Positions 29,809 through 37,899 of a stretch of DNA of 64,000 nt are shown here, in pieces. Made by a program: the position numbers and the translations under genes. The notes under the pieces are model-generated. The model was not told the origin of the DNA. It made no database searches and worked only from the letters and a program-made list of their open reading frames with translations. Each line of letters starts with the position of its first letter. The first letter of the stretch is position 1. Location of the stretch: the NCBI GenBank assembly GCA_900551295.1, contig URVJ01000003.1, forward strand, positions 68,593 through 132,592, written 5' to 3'. The stretch comes from an uncultured Eubacteriales bacterium (GTDB lineage: Bacteria; Bacillota; Clostridia; Oscillospirales; CAG-382).

Positions 29809-30987
29809 ATGAAACTCAACAAAAACTATTCGCGCCTTGCGCAGAGCTATCTGTTTTCAACCATTGCAAAAAAGGTAAACGAATATACGGCAGAAAATCC
29901 GTCCGCCGAAATTATACGTCTCGGAATAGGCGACGTCACGCTGCCGCTTGCCCCTGACGTTGTAAAAGCGCTTGAGGACGCAAGCCGCGAAATGGGCAAA
30001 AAGGAGACTTTCCGCGGTTACGGTCCCGAACAAGGATACGATTTTCTCAAAGCAAGCATTGCGCAGTACTACGGGAAAAAAGGTGTGTCACTCGAAAACG
30101 ACGAGATATTTATCTCGGACGGTGCAAAGAGCGATCTCGGAAACATTCTCGATTTATTCGACACGGACAACACCGTTCTTGTACCCGATCCCGTATACCC
30201 CGTCTACGTTGACACAAACGTTATGGCAGGCAGAAAGATAGTCTATATCAACGCAAACGAAAGCAACGGATTTTTACCCTTGCCGGACAGCAATGTAAAT
30301 GCGGACATTATATACATCTGTTCTCCGAACAATCCGACGGGCGCCGTCTACACCAAAGAGCAGCTTTCCAAATGGGTGGACTATGCGCTTGAACACGGCG
30401 CGGTAATTCTCTTTGACTCGGCATACGAGGCGTTTGTCCGCGACAGCTCGCTCCCGACAAGCATCTATCAGATACCGGGTGCAAAAAAGTGCGCGGTAGA
30501 GTTCTGCTCCTTCTCAAAGACTGCGGGATTTACAGGCACGCGCTGCGGATATACGGTCGTTCCGAACGGTCTTGTTTTCGACGGCATGAGCCTTAACAAA
30601 ATGTGGCTCAGACGCCAGACGACAAAGTTCAACGGCGTTCCGTACATTATTCAGAAAGGCGCCGCCGCAGTATTTACCGACGAAGGTCAGAAACAGGTAC
30701 ATGAAAATCTTGACTACTACATTCAGAACGCGCGCGTAATCTCGGACGCCTTTGACAAAATGGGAATATGGTACACGGGCGGCAAGAACTCGCCGTACAT
30801 CTGGCTCAAGTGCCCGAACGGCATGGGTTCGTGGGAATATTTCGACTTTCTGTTAAAGAACGCGGGCGTTGTAGGAACTCCCGGCGAAGGATTCGGCAAG
30901 AACGGCGAAGGATTTTTCAGGCTTACGGCGTTCAACACGCACGAAAACACGGTAAAAGCAGTGGAAAAAATCAAGTCGGTTATGTAA
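29809..30987 (+). CDS. dapL: LL-diaminopimelate aminotransferase
   Basis: N-terminus LNKNYSRLAQSYLFSTIAKKVNEYTAENP..IIRLGIGDVT is typical of DapL. SFSKTAGFTG carries the PLP lysine. Confidence 0.85.
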   Translation: MKLNKNYSRLAQSYLFSTIAKKVNEYTAENPSAEIIRLGIGDVTLPLAPDVVKALEDASREMGKKETFRGYGPEQGYDFLKASIAQYYGKKGVSLENDEIFISDGAKSDLGNILDLFDTDNTVLVPDPVYPVYVDTNVMAGRKIVYINANESNGFLPLPDSNVNADIIYICSPNNPTGAVYTKEQLSKWVDYALEHGAVILFDSAYEAFVRDSSLPTSIYQIPGAKKCAVEFCSFSKTAGFTGTRCGYTVVPNGLVFDGMSLNKMWLRRQTTKFNGVPYIIQKGAAAVFTDEGQKQVHENLDYYIQNARVISDAFDKMGIWYTGGKNSPYIWLKCPNGMGSWEYFDFLLKNAGVVGTPGEGFGKNGEGFFRLTAFNTHENTVKAVEKIKSVM

Positions 30988-31010
30988 AAAAACGCATGCG
31001 GATAATATTA

Positions 31011-31040
31011 AAGCACCCTTTTACGGGTGCTTGTTTTTTT
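31011..31040. terminator. Bidirectional intrinsic terminator between dapL and the convergent gene
   Basis: Stem AAGCACCC/GGGTGCTT followed by GTTTTTTT. Confidence 0.8.
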
Positions 31041-31048
31041 ATAACATT

Positions 31049-32068
31049 TCATTCAATAAGCAGACAATCGGAAAGAATAACATTGTCGCCGTCAAAGATT
31101 AACATATATGTTCCGCTTTTTCCGGTACACTTGCCTATTACCTTTATACTGTCGCCCTTTCGCAATGCTGAAACAACTTCCGTCTGAGATGTGCTGAAAT
31201 TCAATTGCACAGCCGCAAAATATTTGCCGCTTTGCAGCAGAACACATGGTTGTGAACTGTCAAGTTTGTCAATTTCACTGACAGTTCCGGTTACTATAAC
31301 GACTTTGTCAGTATACTCCTCATCTGCATTTACAATATTTTCCTCATATTCTGCCATAATTTCTGTTGCAGTAAAATTGGGAAACTGAGCATATTGCTCA
31401 TTAATATAAGTGCTCATATTTTTAGCGGTTTCGGTATCGGGATAATTTTCTTCGATACCTTTGCATATTTCCAAAGCGTCTCTGTATCTGCCGTCAGAAA
31501 ATTTTTCTGTTGCCTTTTCAAGTTCCGAAACAGCCTTTTCCTCATCGGTCAGTTCTTCTCTGGCAGACGAAACGCTTTCCTTTACATTTCCGGTTTTGTC
31601 TGCAGTATCAATTACTTTTTCTTTGTCCGAATCACTTGAAAGCAATATGAAAAATATGAATAAGAAAAACAATGAAACAACAACCAACGGGACGATTACC
31701 GCCGGACCGAGACCGTTTTTTGGCACCTGAGTTTTCAAAGAATTATAGGAGTATGTCCCGTTATTCTGCGAAAAATTATTTGAGATCTGAGAAAAATTAC
31801 CCATTTCCAGCTCGATTTTCCCAGACCATGTATTTAACTTGGCATTAATCAAAGTTATGTATTGATTTTCCGGAATATCCACCATTACTGTTTTCTCTAC
31901 ATTGCCGCAAAATTTAAATGACAGCGTATGATTTCCGGGCTGCGTATAAATATTCAGTTCCGAACGGCTTCCGAGTTTTCCGACTTGAAATCCGTCAAGT
32001 TCAACCGTGTAGATCCGCAAAGGTCCGATTGATGACTGCCTTAAAATTTTAATTAGGTACTGTTCCAT
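31049..32068 (-). CDS. Uncharacterised single-pass membrane protein with a C-terminal OB-fold (tRNA_anti-like) domain
   Basis: Start at MEQYL after GGAGGA. N-terminal beta-rich domain; TM helix GPAVIVPLVVVSLFFLFIFFILL; C-terminus EYEENIVNADEEYTDKVVIVTGTV... resembles the OB-fold tRNA_anti-like family (from memory). Confidence 0.5.
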   Translation of the reverse strand: MEQYLIKILRQSSIGPLRIYTVELDGFQVGKLGSRSELNIYTQPGNHTLSFKFCGNVEKTVMVDIPENQYITLINAKLNTWSGKIELEMGNFSQISNNFSQNNGTYSYNSLKTQVPKNGLGPAVIVPLVVVSLFFLFIFFILLSSDSDKEKVIDTADKTGNVKESVSSAREELTDEEKAVSELEKATEKFSDGRYRDALEICKGIEENYPDTETAKNMSTYINEQYAQFPNFTATEIMAEYEENIVNADEEYTDKVVIVTGTVSEIDKLDSSQPCVLLQSGKYFAAVQLNFSTSQTEVVSALRKGDSIKVIGKCTGKSGTYMLIFDGDNVILSDCLLIE

Positions 32069-32150
32069 AAAAATTCCTCCGTTTTTTATATACTTTTGCG
32101 CACTCAAACTCAGCTTTGCAAAATAACAACGGAACAACTATTATTCTGAA

Positions 32151-32375
32151 AAACAAAAAAGTGCGCTCAACAGAAGAACGCACCGAAAAATGCAAACTCC
32201 TATTGTTGCCACACAATTTTCAACAAAGTCGGGAACTCTCCACGCTTGCCATGCGGAACTTGCATTTTTACCAAATTCATACACGGCAAGTGCGCAAAAA
32301 AGTATAAGGGTAAAACGAAATTTCCCTATATAAAAATATAGGGCGCCCGGGATTCTGTTGATTAAATTGTGTGGC
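32151..32375 (-). ncRNA. Candidate structured RNA: orphan riboswitch-like leader of 31049-32068, or a stand-alone sRNA
   Basis: Has its own promoter. An 18-bp closing helix (32376-32356 / 32225-32207) starts at the predicted +1. It encloses a three-helix core and is followed by an 8-bp/U6 terminator (32183-32151). There is no internal ORF with an RBS. Confidence 0.45.
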
Positions 32376-32381
32376 ATTTGT

Positions 32382-32410
32382 ATTATAACACGTCGGCCTA
32401 AAAAAATCAA
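32382..32410 (-). promoter_or_regulatory. Extended -10 promoter driving the structured RNA
   Basis: Minus strand reads TTGATT (32410-32405), 17-nt spacer, TGtTATAAT (-10 at 32387-32382). Confidence 0.55.
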
Positions 32411-32470
32411 CATTTTTGTTCGTGCTATTCTGAATAAACGCACACAATAAAATTAAAAACCCGCTCATTT

Positions 32471-32668
32471 TCAGAACAGGCTCTCGCTTATCTTTACAGC
32501 CGAATCATAATCATTTATCGCTTCAATCGCAAGGCTGAGCTGTTCAAGCGAATGTATATATTCGGAATAACTTGAAAGTTTGAGCTGCATTTCGACACTC
32601 TGCGAAAAATAAAGCTTTCTCGACGACGAGCTTTGCCGCAAAAGCTCTCTCAAATTACCGTAAAGCAA
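32471..32668 (-). CDS. Hypothetical small helical protein (65 aa, TTG start)
   Basis: GGAGGTG lies 9 nt upstream of the TTG. No recognisable family and no clear promoter. Confidence 0.3.
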   Translation of the reverse strand: MLYGNLRELLRQSSSSRKLYFSQSVEMQLKLSSYSEYIHSLEQLSLAIEAINDYDSAVKISESLF

Positions 32669-32794
32669 TGTTTTTTACACCTCCGCGCGTCTATCTTTAC
32701 GTATTATCGGCATAATTTTGGGGTATTATTCGCAAATGTTCCCACGAAATTCGGGAATACTGTAAGTAAAAACAGTTTTACGGAGAATTTTTAC

Positions 32795-34261
32795 ATGAGC
32801 TATTCTCAAAATCAAAAGCGTTCCGAAAATGCGCTGTTTGAAAGCACTCCGATAATTCGCGCCGTATTCTCGCTTGCGCTTCCTGCCGTAATTTCGGCTC
32901 TCGCGGTGACGCTTTACGGTTTTGCCGACGCATATTTTCTCGGACGCGGCAAAAATCCGGATATGCTTGCGGCAGTCTCTGTCTGCGTTCCTTTAAGCGC
33001 AGCCGCAACGGGCATTTCGGCTCTTTTCGGCACGGGAGGCGCCGGCGTAATTGCGGCAAGTCTCGGAAAAAACAATATCCGGCGTGCAAGATCGGCATTT
33101 ATTTTCTGCACAGCCGGAACAGCTTTTCTCAGCGCAGCATTTTCGGCGGGCGTATTTCTATTTTCGGACAAAATTCTGCCGCTTATAGGCGCAAAAAAAG
33201 AAACGGCGGAATATGCGTCGTCCTACCTTCTCCGCACGGTGGTTCTGGGCGCGGTTCCCGTTTCGCTTACCGGCTGTCTTTCTCAGCTTATACGTGCTCT
33301 CGGAAAGCCGGGTATATCGTCATTCGGAACAATGCTTCCGGCACTCTTAAACACGGCGCTCGATGCGGTATTTGTCTTGTTCATATACGGCAAGGGACGC
33401 GAGATATATGCCGTCGGCGACGCATTTTTGATAAGCGCCGCTGCAAGCTGTGCGTTTTTTATTATTTATATGCTGTTTTCAAAAAACGCATTAAAAAACA
33501 AATCCGTCAAAAAGGACGGCACAAAGAATGAGGGCAGACATATACAAAAAGGCGCATTTTCCGAGACGTTCCGCATAGGCTTTCCGTCGGCTGCGGCAAT
33601 TATACTTGCGACGTTTTCAATCGTAATATCGAATTTTTTCATATCAAGCTGCGGTTCTGCGGCTGTCGCGGGACTAGGCGCGGCAAAACGTCTTTCATCA
33701 CTTGCCTTTAACGTAAACACGGCATTTTCCCAAAGTATTCTGCCGCTTATATCATACTGCTTTGCATCAAAGAACCGTGAGCGCATGAAAAAAGCCGCAG
33801 CGTTGAATTTTTCTGCGGCTCTTGTATTATCTCTTTTATATATGGCGGTATCTTTGATCTATGCGAAAAACATTGTCGGATTATTTATCGGGAACGACAA
33901 AACAGCGGAATTCGGTGCGAAGTTTCTGAAGCTGCTCAGTCCGGCGTTTCCGATGTGCGCGGCAAGTTTCTGCATATGCTCTTTTCTGCAAGGCTGCGGC
34001 AAACCGAAACCCTCTCTTGCCGTCACGGCTTTAAGAAAAGGCACGCTCGACGTCATTCTTATGTATCTTGCATTTGTTTTCGGGAACATTTATCTTGTCG
34101 CTCTTGCAACGACCGTTACCGAAGCAGTTTCGGCAACAGCAGCGTGCATTATCTTAATACGGTTTCTCAAAGGTTTTCAAAATCAAAGGTACAGCTCACG
34201 GGATAGTGGTCGGAAAGATAAATTCCGTGCATCTCATCAGTCCAAAGATCAAGGGAAGTAA
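32795..34261 (+). CDS. MATE family efflux transporter
   Basis: Twelve hydrophobic segments and an N-terminus of the form ...TPIIRAVFSLALPAVISAL. Start at MSYSQ with a GGAGA RBS. The last roughly 30 codons are a polar tail antisense to the next gene. Confidence 0.8.
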   Translation: MSYSQNQKRSENALFESTPIIRAVFSLALPAVISALAVTLYGFADAYFLGRGKNPDMLAAVSVCVPLSAAATGISALFGTGGAGVIAASLGKNNIRRARSAFIFCTAGTAFLSAAFSAGVFLFSDKILPLIGAKKETAEYASSYLLRTVVLGAVPVSLTGCLSQLIRALGKPGISSFGTMLPALLNTALDAVFVLFIYGKGREIYAVGDAFLISAAASCAFFIIYMLFSKNALKNKSVKKDGTKNEGRHIQKGAFSETFRIGFPSAAAIILATFSIVISNFFISSCGSAAVAGLGAAKRLSSLAFNVNTAFSQSILPLISYCFASKNRERMKKAAALNFSAALVLSLLYMAVSLIYAKNIVGLFIGNDKTAEFGAKFLKLLSPAFPMCAASFCICSFLQGCGKPKPSLAVTALRKGTLDVILMYLAFVFGNIYLVALATTVTEAVSATAACIILIRFLKGFQNQRYSSRDSGRKDKFRASHQSKDQGK

Positions 34262-34961
34262 GGTGCTTTGCGACGTTCTTCTGCGTGAAGATATAGTCGA
34301 TCTTATGATTTTTTTCAAGTCTGCCGAAAGAATGGAATGTTTCTCCGGAGTTCTTTGATACCTCCGCAAGTTCGGGGTTTTTATGATTATTGCAAAGAGC
34401 TATCGTCTCTTCGTCGGGAAAAGCGTTGAAGTCTCCGAGAATAAACATCGGCGCGTCCTTATCCGTGATGCTGCCGTCGGAGTCTATTCTGTCAAGAATT
34501 ACCTGCATACCCTCTGTTCTTACGTGTTCGTTGTCATAATCGAGATGAACGCCGTAGATATTTATGAGTTTTTTATATTCCTTATGCAAAAGAACTGCAT
34601 GAGGGCAGGTTCTCGGACAAGGACTCTGATCGTCAAATCTTGACGCGGGAACATTCGGCGTCGGCGAAAGCCAGAAATGCTCAAGGCTTACAAGGTCGAA
34701 TTTTTCGGTCTTATACGCAATGCTTACTCCCTCGCCGCCAAGGTCTTTATCTCTGCCGTGTCCGAGCAGTGTATAGCCCGATAGATGCTTATTCAGAAAT
34801 CTGCGAATCTTCTCGGTTACCTCCTGGAAGCATATTACGTCCGGATCTTCCATTGAAATCTTATCGAGTATCATTCCGGCACGGTGTACAAAGCAGTTTA
34901 TTCCGTCGCTTCTGTCATACTCGCATCTTATGTTAAAAGAAACTATTTTAAACTCTTTCAT
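34167..34961 (-). CDS. Endonuclease/exonuclease/phosphatase (EEP) family protein
   Basis: IVSFNIR, VICFQEV, GDFN and SDHYPV motifs. No signal peptide. Confidence 0.8.
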   Translation of the reverse strand: MKEFKIVSFNIRCEYDRSDGINCFVHRAGMILDKISMEDPDVICFQEVTEKIRRFLNKHLSGYTLLGHGRDKDLGGEGVSIAYKTEKFDLVSLEHFWLSPTPNVPASRFDDQSPCPRTCPHAVLLHKEYKKLINIYGVHLDYDNEHVRTEGMQVILDRIDSDGSITDKDAPMFILGDFNAFPDEETIALCNNHKNPELAEVSKNSGETFHSFGRLEKNHKIDYIFTQKNVAKHLTSLDLWTDEMHGIYLSDHYPVSCTFDFENL

Positions 34962-34992
34962 TTTTTCACACTCTCCTTTTTGTTTTATAAAA

Positions 34993-35919
34993 TTAACCTC
35001 TTACGGGGTAATTTTCCTTTCTTACAAGCTCTTCGCCCTGTTCGGAGCATATCCAGTTATAGAGAATTCTCTCTGAGGAATCGGCTGCGGCGTCCTTTCT
35101 GATGACAACGTAAAAATCGTTGATAAACGGATACGAGCCGTCGGATATGGTTTCGTTTGAGGGCTGCACGCCGTTGACGGCGAGAATTTTGCTCCTGTCG
35201 AGCTTATCCGACTCCATATTGGTAAGATAGTAGTACACGGTATAACCAAGAGCGCCCGATGAGCCGTCGTAATCGGCAACCGCCTCGAGAAGTCCTATCA
35301 TAGAACCTATTTTCAATTCTTTGGGTGCAGGCATAAGCTCATCGCCGAGGTTTATAAGCTTATCAAAGAGCGTCTGGCTTCCGCTGTCGGTATTTCTCTG
35401 GAATGCGGTTATAGCAACGTCCTCTCCGCCGACATCTTTCCAGTTTGTTATCTCACCCTTATATATGCCTTTTATCTGTTCTGCCGTAAGGCTTTCAACG
35501 GGGTTTTCATTGCTGCATATAAACACAAGCGCGTCTGCTCCGATAGGCGTCATTTCAAGCTCTTTTCCGCTGTCGGATATATATTTTTTTGCCTCTTCGG
35601 ACGGTTCGTACGCGAGAAGTATATCAAAATCTCCGTCGACTATCGCTTTGTAATTATCGGTGGTAGATCCGGTAAAGCTTATAAGTCCGTCAGCCTCGTC
35701 GCGGCTTATTCCGAGCACGCTTGCCGTAACTGCCTCTCCGAGAGGAAGATTTGCAAGACTGCCGCCCATCTTCGGATAATTTTCTTTTGTGAACACAAAG
35801 CCGGTATCCCCATTTTTATTTTCGTCCGCCGTTTTTGTGTCCGAACAGCCCGAAATCAGGCATGACGAAATCATAAGAGCTGATAAAACCAATGCCGCAT
35901 TCTTAAAAAATTTTTTCAT
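34993..35919 (-). CDS. PstS-like (PBP-like 2) substrate-binding lipoprotein
   Basis: Lipobox LISGC. RNTDSGSQTLF resembles the anion-binding segment of PstS-family binding proteins. Start at the second ATG, which has an RBS. Confidence 0.55.
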   Translation of the reverse strand: MKKFFKNAALVLSALMISSCLISGCSDTKTADENKNGDTGFVFTKENYPKMGGSLANLPLGEAVTASVLGISRDEADGLISFTGSTTDNYKAIVDGDFDILLAYEPSEEAKKYISDSGKELEMTPIGADALVFICSNENPVESLTAEQIKGIYKGEITNWKDVGGEDVAITAFQRNTDSGSQTLFDKLINLGDELMPAPKELKIGSMIGLLEAVADYDGSSGALGYTVYYYLTNMESDKLDRSKILAVNGVQPSNETISDGSYPFINDFYVVIRKDAAADSSERILYNWICSEQGEELVRKENYPVRG

Positions 35920-35955
35920 GATAAATTTTCCTTTCATGTTATCGGTTTCTTGACT

Positions 35956-37629
35956 TTATACCGTCTTATCGACGGGCATACTCATAATAAGATTCATATC
36001 TTCGCCGTAAAGCGAGGTCTTTGTATCGGTAAGCACGCTGAAATAGGTCTTTCCGCAAGCATTATAACAATATATAAGGCGGCAGTTTTCAAAGACAAAC
36101 TCTTTTTTTTCGGTATCGTAAAGAGAATCGCTGCCGTCGATATGCTCAAACTTTACGTATCTTTGGTTTTCATCGCAGAATTCCGCCCAGGCATAACCGT
36201 CGAAATCCGCAATGACGCTCTTGTTCTTAATATCGTAAACGGTAAACTTCTGTTTATACGAACCGTACAGAGAATATTCTTCGTTATTTCCGTCGGATTC
36301 CTCGTCAAGCGTCATCTGATAAAGCATTTTGTCGCCAGTGACGTCGGTATACACAGTATCTTCAAAGTTTTCGAGCTTTGCGTATGTATTTCCGTCATAG
36401 TCTATCATATACGCGGTATTATCCGTATCGACACAGAAAAGATAGCCCTTTACGTTTGAAACGGTATTTGGCGAAAGTCCGTTTTCGCGGCAGACAACAT
36501 CGCTGTCGTCCGACATACGCTTGAACACCTGTTTTTCCGCCGTTACGTCATAGTAGCTGTAAACCGCGTTGTCAGAACTTCCGTAAATCGTTATATAGTT
36601 ATCGTAATCAACGGTCTTTATGAGTTTTCCCTTGCTGTCGAATATATATCGTTTGCCGTCGCTCTTTGTGCCCTGGAAATATTCAAAATCGCAGTACGAG
36701 CCGTCGCCGTTTGAAATATTCTCATACTCCGGCTGAACTATAAAGTTTCCGTCAGAATCTATAATTCCGCTCTTTCCGTCGGCAACCGAAACCGCCGCAG
36801 TCATATTTCCGTTAAACGGCGCGGCATCGGAATAAGGTCCCAAAAGCTCATTACCGTTTTTATCTATGTACATATACGACGGTCCGTCCGTACCGTAATT
36901 TGCGGCAACGGCTATGCCGTTTACAAACTCTCCGACAAAATCATACTTCTTTACCGCCGCGGTTTCTTCGCCGTTTTTATTATAATACGTTATTGACGTC
37001 CGCGCGGAATCCGAGGTGCTGCTGTAATGATACTCTGCAACGGAAAATTCTCCGTCGTCAAACACGCGGTCAAGCCAGCTTCCCTCTCCGTTGAAGTCGC
37101 GGAAAGAATCTATCTGCCATCTGCCGTCATGCGGTATTATATAAGACTGCGTGCTTGTGCTTTCGTAGTAATCGTCGCCGATATCCGTGTCAGCCGTATC
37201 GTGCGACGCCGAATAATACGTGTCATTCCCGGCGCTCTGCACGGTTATATGGTCGTAAAGCGGCATCTTAACTATTTTGCCGTCGCTCGTGCAAAATCCG
37301 TATTTTGCATACGAAAGTCCGCCGAACATCATTGCCGAATAATCGTTTCCGGTTTCGGTCTTATAATCGTACATCTTTCCGGCATAAGGCAGCAGGGTTC
37401 CGTAACTGTCCGACGGGACAAAATTAAGGTCATATGCTCCGTCAAGTATCACGTTTTTTTGAGTTTTATACTCCCCTATATCCGGAAGTCCGTCTTTAAA
37501 ATAAAATTCGCTTCGGGAAACTTCTGTGTTTTCCGGGTCATGCGTATGATCCTTTATTTTTTCCGATACGCAGCCCGGACTCAAGAGCAGCGCCGCAAGC
37601 AAAAGTGCAAAAAGCTTATGCTTATTCAA
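35956..37629 (-). CDS. WG-repeat (KWG-type) lipoprotein
   Basis: TTG start after GGGAGGA. Lipobox LSPGC. Contains repeated units of the form YIDKNGNELLGPY...F..G.A.V...GK.GIIDSDGNFIVQPEY. Confidence 0.6.
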   Translation of the reverse strand: MNKHKLFALLLAALLLSPGCVSEKIKDHTHDPENTEVSRSEFYFKDGLPDIGEYKTQKNVILDGAYDLNFVPSDSYGTLLPYAGKMYDYKTETGNDYSAMMFGGLSYAKYGFCTSDGKIVKMPLYDHITVQSAGNDTYYSASHDTADTDIGDDYYESTSTQSYIIPHDGRWQIDSFRDFNGEGSWLDRVFDDGEFSVAEYHYSSTSDSARTSITYYNKNGEETAAVKKYDFVGEFVNGIAVAANYGTDGPSYMYIDKNGNELLGPYSDAAPFNGNMTAAVSVADGKSGIIDSDGNFIVQPEYENISNGDGSYCDFEYFQGTKSDGKRYIFDSKGKLIKTVDYDNYITIYGSSDNAVYSYYDVTAEKQVFKRMSDDSDVVCRENGLSPNTVSNVKGYLFCVDTDNTAYMIDYDGNTYAKLENFEDTVYTDVTGDKMLYQMTLDEESDGNNEEYSLYGSYKQKFTVYDIKNKSVIADFDGYAWAEFCDENQRYVKFEHIDGSDSLYDTEKKEFVFENCRLIYCYNACGKTYFSVLTDTKTSLYGEDMNLIMSMPVDKTV

Positions 37630-37809
37630 TTTAATCCTCCCTCAAGCTGAAGAAATCATCATATTTATTATATAATATACTACGCAAACGCCCTTTCGTC
37701 AAGAACAGAACGCTTAAATTAAACTAAATTAAGAACTTGTACAAAACGGGTTCATTTTTCGGACAAAACCGGCGGATTTTATTCAATATGAAAAAATCGT
37801 TAAAATTAC

Positions 37810-37838
37810 TTGACAAATCTTCTTCTCTGTGGTAAAAT
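37810..37838 (+). promoter_or_regulatory. Promoter of the liv-type ABC operon
   Basis: TTGACA, 17-nt spacer, TGgTAAAAT. Confidence 0.6.
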
Positions 37839-37899
37839 TTACTATCAACACAGATGCAGCAATGTATCGTTTGACAGACAATTTATGGAGGAAAAGAAC

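Noticed and set aside
32358-32386. A plus-strand promoter-like TTGATT-17-TATTAT that shares the AT-rich -10 region with the minus-strand promoter of the structured RNA and could drive a long MATE leader.
   Set aside because: It has a weaker -10 and no TG extension, and its -35 lies inside the closing helix. The G-U pairs in the internal helix fit only a minus-strand RNA. It remains an alternative to test.
37786-37809. A CodY-box-like AAAATCGTTAAAATT just upstream of the liv operon -35.
   Set aside because: Only about 10 of 15 positions match AATTTTCWGAAAATT in AT-rich sequence, which is not convincing.
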